Assembly: GCA_963664295.1 (NCBI GenBank) | Contig: OY760935.1 | Location: 1,120,001 to 1,184,000 of the forward strand | Reading direction: 5' to 3' | Length of the DNA stretch: 64,000 nt | Source of the DNA: Candidatus Altimarinota bacterium | GTDB taxonomy: Bacteria; Patescibacteriota; Gracilibacteria; CAIRYL01; GCA-016699755 | Part shown: positions 52,501 to 60,639 of the stretch, one piece after another | Layout: each line of letters starts with the position of its first letter | Position numbering within the stretch: the stretch's first letter is position 1 | Made by a program: the position numbers and the translations under genes | Notes under the pieces: model-generated | Seen by the model: only the letters and a program-made list of their open reading frames with translations | What the model was told of the DNA's origin: nothing | Database searches by the model: none

Positions 52501-55500
52501 TTCTTCGTCAAAAAGTTCTATTTCACCTTTTGAAGATATTTTTGCCCTAGCAAATGGAGCAATATTTGGCACAATTTGGGTCAATACTGCCTGACTTGCT
52601 CCTGAATATAAAAATTCATCTGCAACAGTGTCTTCTGTGGTGCTTATTTTTCCTGCTTCTGCGCCAAAAATACTTGCAAGAATGGTGTTTGGATTTTCTA
52701 TTCTAAATTCGTTTTTATAAGTTCTACTGCCAATATCCATTTCTTTTAAGGCAGGTGGAAATCCTTCTGCTTCTGCAAAAATTCTTAATACTCCTGCTTT
52801 GCGACCTGTTTTGAGAGTCACTTTTCCTGTGCCATCAACTTCAATTTGGCTATCATCCGCAGTTGAACCATTTGTATAGTCAACTGTAAAGACAGGAAGT
52901 TCTATGTTTGGCACATTTAATTGATTACCTTGTTGGTCAAATAATTTAATATAAAAATTTGTTTCTTCTGATGTGCCCATTGAGTCAGGTTCATCAACAA
53001 AACCAATTGAATATGGTTCATTATCACTTTCTCCGCTAACATTAATTTGTGCTGGTTGCAAACAAGCTCCTGTTAGGCTGGCCTCAGTATTTTCGCCAAA
53101 ATAAATAGTAGTTCCAAATTCGGCCTCACCGTCAAGAATAATATTGTTTGGTGAAACCATAGCAATGAGACTATCAGCCACAGAAGAATAAAGAGTAGTT
53201 GAATAATCTTCTATTTTATTGTCGTTTTCATCAACAACATAAGTGTTGTAAATATCAGCACGCATTCCGCTTCTATATTCTCGAATACCTGTTTCATCAA
53301 TTTTTATAGCTAGGTTATCTTGCGCATTAAGATTATTTGATGAATTGCCAAAATCATCAGTGCTAACAAAAACCTCAATAGAGCCAGCAGAATTTATTTG
53401 TAAATTAATAGTTGCTTTTCCTTGAATAGTGTTTATTTGTATTCCTTCTTTTTCTGTGTTGGTGTCTTCATTTAATATTTGTGCTCCGCCGTTTACACTA
53501 ATTGTTAATTCTGCCATTGTGTAAACTAATTCACCATCGCTATTATATAAACTAGCAAAAACATTAGTTGGACAACCAACAGGCACTATTTCATTTTCAG
53601 GCACTAAGGTAATTGAGCAATTGCCATTACAAATTGCATCATTATTTTGATTATTTTCATCAAATAGTTCAGAAAGTTCTTCATTTTCGTCTTCAATTCC
53701 CAAAATAGATTCCCACATATCCCAATTATCAGTACTACAGCCTGCGTCAAAAGTGACAATGCCCTTGCTCATTAAATCGTTTAACCAACAACTAAAAGCA
53801 GAAGGCCATTCCCAAATATCAACTCCCTCAATAGGTCCACATTTTTCATCAATATCATTTTCATAATAATCAACGTCAAAATTATTTTGATAATTTGAAT
53901 TTAAGTAGTTTGCTTGTTTTGTTTGATAATAATCCCACTCAGCATCAATTAAGCTGTCTTTATTTTCTGCTCCGTCCCACTGTAGATATTGGTCGTCACC
54001 ATTGGCATTGATAAACGCAAAGCTATAAGGAGCTGATTTTTTATCTGGAAAAGTTTTATTTTGCGATAAAAATCCTTCCATTACTGCTTCATGTTTTTCG
54101 TCCACATTGAGATTGTGCCATTTGAGCATTTCTGTAAAAAATTCGGAGCCAAAAGTTTCGAATTCGCTCACAAGAAAATTTTGACTAGGTAGTTTAACTG
54201 TGGTGAAGGTAATTAATTTTGGCGTTAGAGGGGTACAATTATTAAAATCAATATTATTGTTTAATAAATTATAATTAAAGCCTTCAACAAATTGCCAAAC
54301 AGTTAAAAAATAAGAAGGAAAATAAGCTGTGACACTTCCTCCGCCATTTTGATAAAAATTTTCAAAACCAGGACCAGAATAAGAATGATATTTAGATTTT
54401 AATATTTGATTTATATCGCTCGTTCTTTGATTGTTTGGGTTTTGTAAATGAAGAGCCCAAGCTTCGCCATCATTTTTTGCTTCTGGAAAGGCTAGGCGCA
54501 AATAATCTGTTGCCTCGTTAACAAATTGATTAAAAGTTGCATCATAATCTTGATAATCAAAATAATAATTTTCATTTTCTATAATCCAGTTAAAGTTTTG
54601 ATAATTTGGTGTTCCATAAAGCTGAGATCCAGCAAAACCAAAATTGAAACCGAGTCCAAATTCATCATCCTCATCTATATTACAATTATAATTAAAGACA
54701 ATATTTTGAGCAGAATTACTTGCTTTGATGTAATTATTAAACATTATTAAGTTTTCACGTATTATTTTTGTGTTTATTTCATTTTCTTTATTAGTAAGCT
54801 CTTCTTTAAATTTTGTTTCTATTTCTTCAACAGTGGGAGTTTGTTCACTTGCTTCAATAATAGAAAAAATATCCGGAAAAGTGACCTGAGTTAATTCGTT
54901 TAAATGATTTTGAAAACTGACATAGCGCTTGCTATCTGAAGGGATTTTTTGAGCAATACCATAAGGAGCAGCGAATTGTGCTGTGATGGTTTCTGGTCTT
55001 GGCTCATTATGAACAACGGTTGTGTCTAGTGTTTTATAAGAAACATTAGATGTGGTGCAAACTAGGTTATACCACTGATTTAGAGTTTCATATTCAGGCA
55101 TCAAATTACCTTGGGCACAATTTTGATAAGAATGATCACCGGCATCAGTTTCAATACTGCCCCAATAATTAAAAACAGGATCAGTGGCTGATTGAGGTTG
55201 GCAATTGCTCGGGTTAAAGTAATTGTTAATACAACAACCACCATATTGTGGACAATATGGTGATCCACCAACATACATACTACTTGAGCTATACATGCGG
55301 TTCATTTGTACTTGTTGTGAATTGGGATGATTTGCTGACGGCGCACTTCCGCGATAAAGAGAGCACTCTTCTGCGCTATTCATATCACCTATTCTTTTTC
55401 CATTAACAAAATAATATTTAACCATGTGATAATTGCCTGTGCAGTTGTCTTCATCATCACCGCCAAAAGGGTCAAAAATAAAACGCAAACGACAGCAATT

Positions 55501-56826
55501 GTAGTCAACTTGGCTAATATAGGTTTTTGGTTTTTGCCAAGAATGAGCTAGTTCAACAATTTTATCTTCTAAATGTAAATTTACATTTTTTAAATATTCT
55601 TGAGTAAAAACATCAGTTTTTGTTATTAAAAAAGGCACTGTATCTGCTTGATTATCTTCCCAGCGACCACTGTTTTCTATTTTTTCTAAAGACTCAGAAG
55701 TAAAACTATCTACTACATGAATATATTCAGACCAAATATCCTCAATTTTGTCTTTGGTTGTAAAATCTGGAAAAGAAAGCATGTCTAAATCACCATCTAA
55801 AATAGGTGAATTTGCTGGATCTTCATCAGTCATGCCATCACCATCATTATCTATTTCATCAATACCATCTTCATCTATTTGTCCATCACCATCATTATCA
55901 ACCCCTTGAAAACTATCACCAGTATCTTCATCTATTTGCCCATCACCATCATTATCAATTCCGTCCAAAGGATCTTCATCATAAAGCCCATCATTGTCAT
56001 CATCAACTCCAACAGAACCATATATTTTATCCATTGCCGATGACATAGCATCATTTAGAAGGCGGGCATTGTAGCGTAAAAAAGCAAAATCAGCCCGATG
56101 CTCACTAAGTTTCTGATAATTTTCCAGTTTTTGTGGATTTATTCTTTCTGCCTCATTGATAAGGTCAGCATAAAAAACAGCATCATTATATTTATTAGGA
56201 TCATTATTTGTTCTGTAGCTATGATTTTTGTCCAAAAAGTCAGCTATTTTTTGTTTTTTTTCTTCCTCTGTGCCTTTAGGGCGAATAAGTCCATGCCAAA
56301 TTTCTGACTCTGGTTCACTATTTATTTTTACAAAAGTATCACTTTCTTTGTAATAAGTATAAGAAGCATTTTTAAAATCAGTGTATGGAAAAACACTCGA
56401 GTAGTTTATTGATTCAGTTTCAATAATAGGCAGTGGCACATCGCCAATTAAAATAACCCCTGAAAGTTGATTGATGCCATTAGTTGTTTTTTCTCCTTCT
56501 AAATAAAGCTTTTCTAAAACAGAATAAATATTTTGAGTATTTTCTTGGTCAGAAACTGGCAAAATTAAAGCTTTTGTATTTTCTAAATCATTTTGAACAT
56601 CACGGGAATAACGGTAGATTTTACCAGATAAAGTGCTGAGATCGTTGATTTCTCCTGCATTCCAAAGAGATTTTTCAACAAAAATAACCGCAATATCATA
56701 ATTGATTTCTTCTGCAGAACTTAGAAGTGGTTTATACGAAAAAAGCCAGGGAGCAACTATAGTAATTGCCAAAAAAGCAGTGAATATTTTTTTAAGCCTT
56801 AGGATAGTCTTTTCCCATTTTTTCAT
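43525..56826 (-). CDS. Giant (4433 aa) multidomain cell-surface protein with SLH domains, Ca-binding repeats and a gingipain-like N-terminal domain
   Basis: N-terminal signal/TM; GVILIGDVPLP...EIWHGLIRP...KNHSYR; DNDGDGxIDED repeats; FG-GAP-like DFNGDNKKDL; TSP3-like DSDGDGMPDYWE; three SLH-like repeats (FSD...GF...FR...ITRAEF); Pro-rich and Asp/Gly-rich segments. Confidence 0.9.
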   Translation of the reverse strand: MKKWEKTILRLKKIFTAFLAITIVAPWLFSYKPLLSSAEEINYDIAVIFVEKSLWNAGEINDLSTLSGKIYRYSRDVQNDLENTKALILPVSDQENTQNIYSVLEKLYLEGEKTTNGINQLSGVILIGDVPLPIIETESINYSSVFPYTDFKNASYTYYKESDTFVKINSEPESEIWHGLIRPKGTEEEKKQKIADFLDKNHSYRTNNDPNKYNDAVFYADLINEAERINPQKLENYQKLSEHRADFAFLRYNARLLNDAMSSAMDKIYGSVGVDDDNDGLYDEDPLDGIDNDGDGQIDEDTGDSFQGVDNDGDGQIDEDGIDEIDNDGDGMTDEDPANSPILDGDLDMLSFPDFTTKDKIEDIWSEYIHVVDSFTSESLEKIENSGRWEDNQADTVPFLITKTDVFTQEYLKNVNLHLEDKIVELAHSWQKPKTYISQVDYNCCRLRFIFDPFGGDDEDNCTGNYHMVKYYFVNGKRIGDMNSAEECSLYRGSAPSANHPNSQQVQMNRMYSSSSMYVGGSPYCPQYGGCCINNYFNPSNCQPQSATDPVFNYWGSIETDAGDHSYQNCAQGNLMPEYETLNQWYNLVCTTSNVSYKTLDTTVVHNEPRPETITAQFAAPYGIAQKIPSDSKRYVSFQNHLNELTQVTFPDIFSIIEASEQTPTVEEIETKFKEELTNKENEINTKIIRENLIMFNNYIKASNSAQNIVFNYNCNIDEDDEFGLGFNFGFAGSQLYGTPNYQNFNWIIENENYYFDYQDYDATFNQFVNEATDYLRLAFPEAKNDGEAWALHLQNPNNQRTSDINQILKSKYHSYSGPGFENFYQNGGGSVTAYFPSYFLTVWQFVEGFNYNLLNNNIDFNNCTPLTPKLITFTTVKLPSQNFLVSEFETFGSEFFTEMLKWHNLNVDEKHEAVMEGFLSQNKTFPDKKSAPYSFAFINANGDDQYLQWDGAENKDSLIDAEWDYYQTKQANYLNSNYQNNFDVDYYENDIDEKCGPIEGVDIWEWPSAFSCWLNDLMSKGIVTFDAGCSTDNWDMWESILGIEDENEELSELFDENNQNNDAICNGNCSITLVPENEIVPVGCPTNVFASLYNSDGELVYTMAELTISVNGGAQILNEDTNTEKEGIQINTIQGKATINLQINSAGSIEVFVSTDDFGNSSNNLNAQDNLAIKIDETGIREYRSGMRADIYNTYVVDENDNKIEDYSTTLYSSVADSLIAMVSPNNIILDGEAEFGTTIYFGENTEASLTGACLQPAQINVSGESDNEPYSIGFVDEPDSMGTSEETNFYIKLFDQQGNQLNVPNIELPVFTVDYTNGSTADDSQIEVDGTGKVTLKTGRKAGVLRIFAEAEGFPPALKEMDIGSRTYKNEFRIENPNTILASIFGAEAGKISTTEDTVADEFLYSGASQAVLTQIVPNIAPFARAKISSKGEIELFDEELWIKPIVYSAQPLRLKIFDSNSGKTLSELSLFLDNNADLSANYVETFNNGIAFDNFDQSGTVSALVENDLLTIKFEEADVLTINKDGHFNFYDNRFALNYEENGLFSLIYDQDLIVGQIHIKNYEFRTIEIDNDSVLENFIEGSEKGYIIISEDEVSLLKNEYNFGWENENKFALLLAGGENLGQASKSINKPATIVLGDPTLSLEKPSAKIEGFNKTIGEEIFSDENFYIKDLDLVDFNGDNKKDLLISSENGEQRVIDGNNLKNLGDITAYPYEPNYSDVIPSENRHDDVIAGFENNKTISFENNNEVITKTELENMGPFKKVLIKDFDNDSFVDFLAFTNKNELIIYWGAESGFEENYDLIQSFAVSLNENNSNEKIYISYEGVENIGTNENSFYLPITKEEEYANNEDAMLAYTEAQNPNANQDEIMQQTAIMLSLQDELGANFDQYTNINTEKKLFVSITDNSDFIETSRQILDSNGDNLEDGDVIENYIEFKNNSGQDQIIYIADQIQPEMSILEHTITCENCGENYFINTPDYLNSYLRFNEITAKNGELVQISYQSLYQDNLNINIEGAYLSSNDYPLDDKLDIFINFPNASLPALNIFNADNRNFVIKEVADNPTELPENLTSNYYTDADGNGIPDVFEADVNQDGMPDYVEPTISQNTTDSDNDGIPDSWDNYVNTDDDHADGKIGFLLPQDVEDFLAEQNMQLDSAIKLLEGLTCRGNACLPIPINYAFLVPGPIGSCMPNGLAAKVGFTANAVPVIGMALQQPFCEPAPCSGSSCFPYGGACAGIWRLYLSPTLTGAMGIVFCQGYDWTVGKCIMTATSIPGTSSLCDKINNAVSSIGSGASGFASSLGGKSVFNIDGYEGTLQKVTPSNADYKLNFDLGTFSFDLENISNRRIFAIPEFFDRWLTEQWYEVRAMLTLPNLTFYLPDISKIFSLKSIDELSDDEKNFFGSTFDSDIDLSDKKISSYYGDKIKNTTGEIKTLTESKTGKSADETKEINKKIQKLEEKKQKYQERQEKAQNLEDKIANSKVAQATSGAIDKIDDIWTFLNRVPFIEIKREVIELKVPYLTQREIRAILEDFELWKRDLKNECNRVDWLECDDDGVHLALKCAEGTPEKECNAMMAIGQRITVDLNSLLKSIDQNIEILKSYFNLAEILAGWDAQLARYLDTVMCYIDKIIDLLGGWLYRNKIRLEKWIELIQTIKEIFKSIQKIFDIIHDFNTQCDVCMNEQCSLNFDIWQILMSLIPTPPVIKLPRLPDITIDLSQIKVRLEVQIPKLRLVPERVKFPKLPRLSLPDLPNININLPGLPLLPELPDLPDLPELPDIPLPDLPDLPPPPKLPDIFSTLASILETIDKMLWIWCLLMKYYNGIYPEFSIKGFVEGATLRGKGLMPFDFFRIDIPDIDMTAFKEVRVTVKVNLEMEFDQIVEYVREKVRPWNDAVTDLTNEAEKKARKFTKDIKAIWDYYMSKTEEFEKDYNIDLGDIEMGEDGETFEDWLDKREEEIDFTSQNQTENNSQQAEALITAFQAESKNLNFLINKINSGNYELKDVSEIHRELGLKPIKLKNKPDSIAKLEQMKTLIAKEKNILEEESKTLIATNNIEIAFEENPDTMFTAELEKIMTNNNSNDAWQNLIADNTPTLLDAGDGQNQNNQACAISDNTAATGIYRQGVFIINSQTGTGEKLMNYSEEADDIKKMIFIDVDDDSDEDFIYALDNNIYLKKNQETNNAKSIFPFDPQIGVFEDLIPYRPALKNFDASNYANEVSLSWFDGFEEDLLGMQISIKNTVSGFNKDNSTENREVLLLAEDLIPENITQNEWIDDLNEIQIGNHTIEADKFYISTLKNNRLALPLEEGFYHARIRQIFNDDFSTYSEQKLLAPLKENDEDPPIYSGETVFNVPLLRETELNLIGVFDFESEVNITWPDGQTGETAIVGPYIEPGDYPINITIADQSGNETEQEIIIRVYTPDISLDGDIQNRIAKGEINPETENMPFVLMRKRWDEYKLIQTPSANENGRYFSDEFSEYYIDDFNLSPDAVVKDSLGEIVAIISGENGRIKLEKENYKLKAFSATENLPTRIGLIEEITAYTIANVYYVADTNSDVKLETSPMTTEKAKNASGVILFDTNQSDKFITGGVPADAKNIPGGMVIYNNETNELITAISAKGSIIFLDENNLDLRIKETTSPEEPVVFQIIYQGQAIFEVYIHTIFEDIYINQKQYIINENTAETAFFDTKKHQSLFGASEEIKKELPFSDIDKAHPAYEAILDLYNRNILSGFADNTFRANDKITRAEFVKIALGATTCLDCTTPSEKELERYSEKNPFPDVSENDWYHFCVVKAKNFKMVMGFGDGYFQPSWNISRAEAVAIILRQAGISLETEAKHLIIDVNDDAWYKDYIITADNLGIISNKSGFTFPDEEISRGEFAMMAKKVLDIKDCRITDSDFDGLPDYWEIKYGLNEFDPQDASMDFDFSGADNLAEFRNNTDPNNSNDDNSQDSDGDGMPDYWEDKYGLNKYNPSDANEDTDGGGANNLYEYQYKTDPLGSNDDNLWDSDYDGMPDYWENSNNLDKYNPNDADYDSDNDGFNSLTEYQNKTNPQQSDNIDSDGDGMPDYWEDKYGLNKYDPSDANEDTDGGGLINLEEYKQGKNPLNSSDDGDDGDDDGGDNEDNNMQDSDGDGMPDYWEDKYGLNKYDPSDANEDTDGGGLINLEEYKQGKNPLNSSDDGDDNGGDDGDDNGGDDGDDGDDNGGDNGDDGDNGDDGDDNGGDDDGDDGDNGDDGDNGDDGDNGDDGDDNGGDNGDDGDDNGGDDGGDNGDDGDDNGGDDGGDNGDDGDDNGGDNGDDGDDNGGDNGDDGDDNDGDNGDDGDDNDGDNGDDGDDGDNNGGDDDGDDDGGDNGDDGDDGDCPELPNNQCPDVIDPLDNPENNLDNTPGTHITHGNIELCAFLDYLADIYKGDYIFSAIISEDNLKIFSKSTTYLITE
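43760..44300 (-). repeat. Low-complexity Asp/Gly/Asn minisatellite (GDDGDDNGGDN)n within the giant gene
   Basis: Recurrent catcatcaccgttatccccaccattatcatcgc-type units. Confidence 0.9.
44291..44982 (-). repeat. Recent internal duplication of Ca-binding modules
   Basis: 44291-44451 matches 44498-44658 (offset 207 bp); a third partial copy lies at 44881-44982. Confidence 0.9.
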
Positions 56827-56922
56827 TTCAAGCTATATTTTGCCAAAAAAACCCTTTAAAAAAAAGCTAAAAGCCTTGAATTTTTCTACTAAAACAGGGA
56901 AAATCCAAGGGCGTAAAAAAAT

Positions 56923-59076
56923 ATGAGCATAAATTCGTCAGAGGATCGATTAAATCAACAAGAACGCGTTGATGATCCAAAAAAATTACAGGCAGAGCAA
57001 GAAAAAAAAGAGTTTAATACAGAAACCCAAAGGGTTATGGATGAACTTGAAAAAGAAAAAGAAGGTTTTTTGGATTTATTTAAAGGAGACACCGCAGAAG
57101 ATCAGCAAAAAGCAAAAGAATGGTATGAAAAAAGAGCAACAGATCCTATAAAAGCATTTAAGCTTAAGCAAGATTTGGCTGTTTGGAAAGGTGCAAAAAC
57201 ACAAGCTAATGAAGTAGTAAAAAAAACAGAAGGGCTGAGTGTAGCAGAAGATAAAATAAAAGAAATTTGGGACGATAAAGACACAAAACCAGCAGAAAAA
57301 ACCAAACAATTTGATGCATTATACAAAGCATCAGAAACACACAAAAAAGCCGAAACAGCAATTACAAGGGCAAAATTAGCACCAAAAAGAAAAGCATTAT
57401 TAAAAAAACAATTAGCAGATTTATGGGAAACAGAAGACGCACCAGACATAGAACAAGCAATTAATGACGAGATTTTTGGAGCATTAGATGAACATAAAGA
57501 CACAGGTGAAAAAGTAATTGAACAAAGAGCAGATTTAAATAAAAAACTAGAAGAATCACAAGTTGGCGGTGTTGGATTATTTTCAAAAGCAGAAATAAAA
57601 GCACAGAAAAAAGATTGGTCAAAAAAAATATTTAAACCTTTTTATACTGGCAAGCCAGATTTTATTGCGGATGAAAAATTGGTTTTTAAAATGATGAAGG
57701 AGGCAGAAAAAAATCTTGCCAAAGAAATTACAGAGCGTAAAAAAATAACCAGTGAATTTGTTGATGTGCGTAAGGTTTTTAGTGGACTACAAGATAAAAA
57801 AGCTGACAGAAGCAAGGGTCCAAAATTTGGCAACTTGATAAGTCCAAAAAAATGGGAAAAGTCTAGCAAAAGAGAAAAAGAGGAAACATTGCAAGATATT
57901 GTGAAAACTGCACAAGATTTTCAGTTTCAAAGTCCATATGGCGCAAAGAGGTCTGTCACCGCAGGTAGAGCAGGTAAGGCTTTTAAGGAGTCCATGTCTC
58001 TTAGTAGATGGCAAGAAAAAGAGGAGACAAAATTCACAAAAAAAGAAATGCCTAAACTAGAAACACAAGGCTTGGTAATTCAAGACTGGAGTGAAGCTCA
58101 TGTTTATTTTTCAAAAGGCATAGAAAGGTTAGAAGGATTTATTGCTTCTGATATGCCAATTGTGCAGACAGAAATTGCAAAATGGAAAGAACATCGCTTA
58201 ACTTGCGAAAGAGAAATGATGGCAGATGTAAACACATTAGAACAAAGAGATGAATACACAGATCAAGAAAAAGCCAAGATAGATTTATGGCAAAAAAATA
58301 GCGACTCATTAAAAGGTAAAAACGACATACTTGCACAAAAAGTAAAAAATTTAGCCATAAAAATTGGCTTAATAGATCAAGAAGAACAAGAAATAGAAGC
58401 ACAAAAACAAGCGGAAGGAGAAAAAGATATAATAGAAACAATTCAAGATGCAGGTGCAGAAACCGAACTTTTAACTTTAGCCGCATTAAATAAGGAAAAA
58501 GAAGGTAAACAAAAAAAGGACCAAGAAGCTGGCACTAGGGGTAATAATGTTTTTGAGGAAACAAGAAAAAATGAAATTAAATCAACACTCGAAGGTGAGT
58601 TTGGCTCTCTCTCAAAAAGGCAAGAAAATTATGTCAAAAATCCTGATGATTATAATGTTAGAAAAAGAGATCAAGAATGGGTAGATGAAGCAGAGGAGGT
58701 TGATAGTGCGTTTAATGACCTAGAAACAGGAACAGGAATAGTAGCAGAAACAAAAGACACAGTAGTTGTTGATCTTGCAAAAAATAAAGTAGGAGCAGGT
58801 TTAGCAAAAACAGAAAAAAATAACTTTAAAAGAAGACTAGAAAGAGGAGATGATATTAGTATTACAGATAGTCGTTCCCCAGCTGTAAGTCGTGAAAACA
58901 AGAAAGCACAATTAGAGCAAAGTATCATGCAAAAAATGGAAATGGCAGGACAAGAAGAGTTGCCACCTGCAATTGTTTCTGGGCAAGACGATAATCGCAA
59001 AAAATTATCTACACTTTTTCAACAATTTGAAAGTAGCAATGTGGCTCGTAGAGAATCTGTGCGTAAAATTAAATAA
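56923..59076 (+). CDS. Large charged coiled-coil hypothetical protein
   Basis: 717-aa ORF, K/E/Q-rich, no signal peptide or TM. Confidence 0.75.
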   Translation: MSINSSEDRLNQQERVDDPKKLQAEQEKKEFNTETQRVMDELEKEKEGFLDLFKGDTAEDQQKAKEWYEKRATDPIKAFKLKQDLAVWKGAKTQANEVVKKTEGLSVAEDKIKEIWDDKDTKPAEKTKQFDALYKASETHKKAETAITRAKLAPKRKALLKKQLADLWETEDAPDIEQAINDEIFGALDEHKDTGEKVIEQRADLNKKLEESQVGGVGLFSKAEIKAQKKDWSKKIFKPFYTGKPDFIADEKLVFKMMKEAEKNLAKEITERKKITSEFVDVRKVFSGLQDKKADRSKGPKFGNLISPKKWEKSSKREKEETLQDIVKTAQDFQFQSPYGAKRSVTAGRAGKAFKESMSLSRWQEKEETKFTKKEMPKLETQGLVIQDWSEAHVYFSKGIERLEGFIASDMPIVQTEIAKWKEHRLTCEREMMADVNTLEQRDEYTDQEKAKIDLWQKNSDSLKGKNDILAQKVKNLAIKIGLIDQEEQEIEAQKQAEGEKDIIETIQDAGAETELLTLAALNKEKEGKQKKDQEAGTRGNNVFEETRKNEIKSTLEGEFGSLSKRQENYVKNPDDYNVRKRDQEWVDEAEEVDSAFNDLETGTGIVAETKDTVVVDLAKNKVGAGLAKTEKNNFKRRLERGDDISITDSRSPAVSRENKKAQLEQSIMQKMEMAGQEELPPAIVSGQDDNRKKLSTLFQQFESSNVARRESVRKIK

Positions 59077-59090
59077 ATTATTAAATAATT

Positions 59091-60602
59091 ATGGATAAAG
59101 TAAAAATTTTTGACACAACACTTCGTGATGGCGAACAAGCGCCAGGAGCAAGCTTAAACACAGAAGAAAAAATAAGAATAGCTAGAAATCTGGATAATCT
59201 GGGGGTTGATATTATTGAAGCTGGTTTTGCTGCTTCCTCTCCTGATGATTCCAATGCGATTTTAGAAATTGGTAAAGTTGTAAAAAAGGCACAAGTTTGT
59301 TCACTTGCTCGGGCAGTGGAAAGGGACATAAAATTAGCTGGAGAAGCCTTAAAAAAATCAAAAAATCCTCGACTTCATACTTTTATTTCTACTAGTGAAA
59401 TTCATATGAAGTATCAAATTAAAAAAACTGAACAAGAAGTCATAGATATAACTGCCAAATCTGTTGCTTTGGCTCGCAATTATTGTGATGATGTGGAGTT
59501 TTCTGCCATGGACGCAACTCGTAGTGAAATGGATTTTTTGTTAAAAGTTTTTGAAACAGCAGTAAAAAATGGCGCAAAAACATTAAATATTGCAGATACA
59601 GTAGGCTACATGCTTCCTTGGGTTTTTGCTGATTTTGTTAAAAAAGTAGTTGATCATTTTAAAGACACAGATGTGGTTATATCTGTGCATTGTCATGATG
59701 ATCTTGGTTTGGCTAGTGCAAATTCATTATCAGCAGTGACAGCAGGTGCAAGACAAATTGAATGTGCTGTAAATGGATTAGGAGAAAGAGCAGGAAATAC
59801 TCCTCTTGAAGAAGTTGTTATGGCAATGAAAACTCGCAAAGACATTTTTGGGATTGATACTAATATAAATACAAAAAAATTAGTAAAAACTTCAAAGCTG
59901 GTATCAAACTTAACTGGCTTTCCTGTCCCTCCAAATAAAGCAATTGTTGGCAGAAATGCTTTTGCACATGAGGCAGGTATCCACCAAGATGGTATTTTAA
60001 AGCACAGAGAAACTTATGAAATAATGTCTGCCGAAGATGTGGGCTGGCAAACAAATACACTTGTTTTGGGTAAACATTCTGGTAGAGCCGCATTAAAAGA
60101 TCGCTATAAAGACCTTGGTTTCGAGCTTAACGAAGAAGAAATTGTAAAAATTTTTCAAAGATTTAAAGACCTCGCAGACCGCAAAAAAGAAATTTATGAT
60201 GAAGACTTAGAAGCAATTTTAGAAGACGAAAGAGGAAAAATTGGACAAAAATATGAACTTGATTTACTACAAGTATCCACAGGAAACAAAATGATCCCAA
60301 CTGCCACAATTCGTTTAATGGAAAATGGAGAAAAAGAGTTAATTGGTGTAGCAAATGGTACGGGTCCAGTTGATGCGCTCTGCAATGCTATTAGTAAAAT
60401 TACTGGTGAAAAAAATCGTTTAACAGAGTTTTCTGTCAAAGCTGTCACTGCTGGTATTGACGCAGTGGCAGAGGTGACCATAAAAATTGAAAAAGAAGGC
60501 AGAACATATACAGGATATGGTGCAGCGGAAGATATTGTTTTTGCTAGCGCAAAAGCCTATCTCAATGCGCTTAATCGTAGTATTCGTCAAAGAAAAAAAT
60601 AA
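59091..60602 (+). CDS. leuA: 2-isopropylmalate synthase
   Basis: FDTTLRDGEQAPG, HCHDDLG, GERAGN, HEAGIHQDG, LGKHSGR, regulatory domain GTGPVDA. Confidence 0.93.
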   Translation: MDKVKIFDTTLRDGEQAPGASLNTEEKIRIARNLDNLGVDIIEAGFAASSPDDSNAILEIGKVVKKAQVCSLARAVERDIKLAGEALKKSKNPRLHTFISTSEIHMKYQIKKTEQEVIDITAKSVALARNYCDDVEFSAMDATRSEMDFLLKVFETAVKNGAKTLNIADTVGYMLPWVFADFVKKVVDHFKDTDVVISVHCHDDLGLASANSLSAVTAGARQIECAVNGLGERAGNTPLEEVVMAMKTRKDIFGIDTNINTKKLVKTSKLVSNLTGFPVPPNKAIVGRNAFAHEAGIHQDGILKHRETYEIMSAEDVGWQTNTLVLGKHSGRAALKDRYKDLGFELNEEEIVKIFQRFKDLADRKKEIYDEDLEAILEDERGKIGQKYELDLLQVSTGNKMIPTATIRLMENGEKELIGVANGTGPVDALCNAISKITGEKNRLTEFSVKAVTAGIDAVAEVTIKIEKEGRTYTGYGAAEDIVFASAKAYLNALNRSIRQRKK

Positions 60603-60639
60603 AACTTGTTTAATTTAACTAAAGTGCCACAATATAAAG

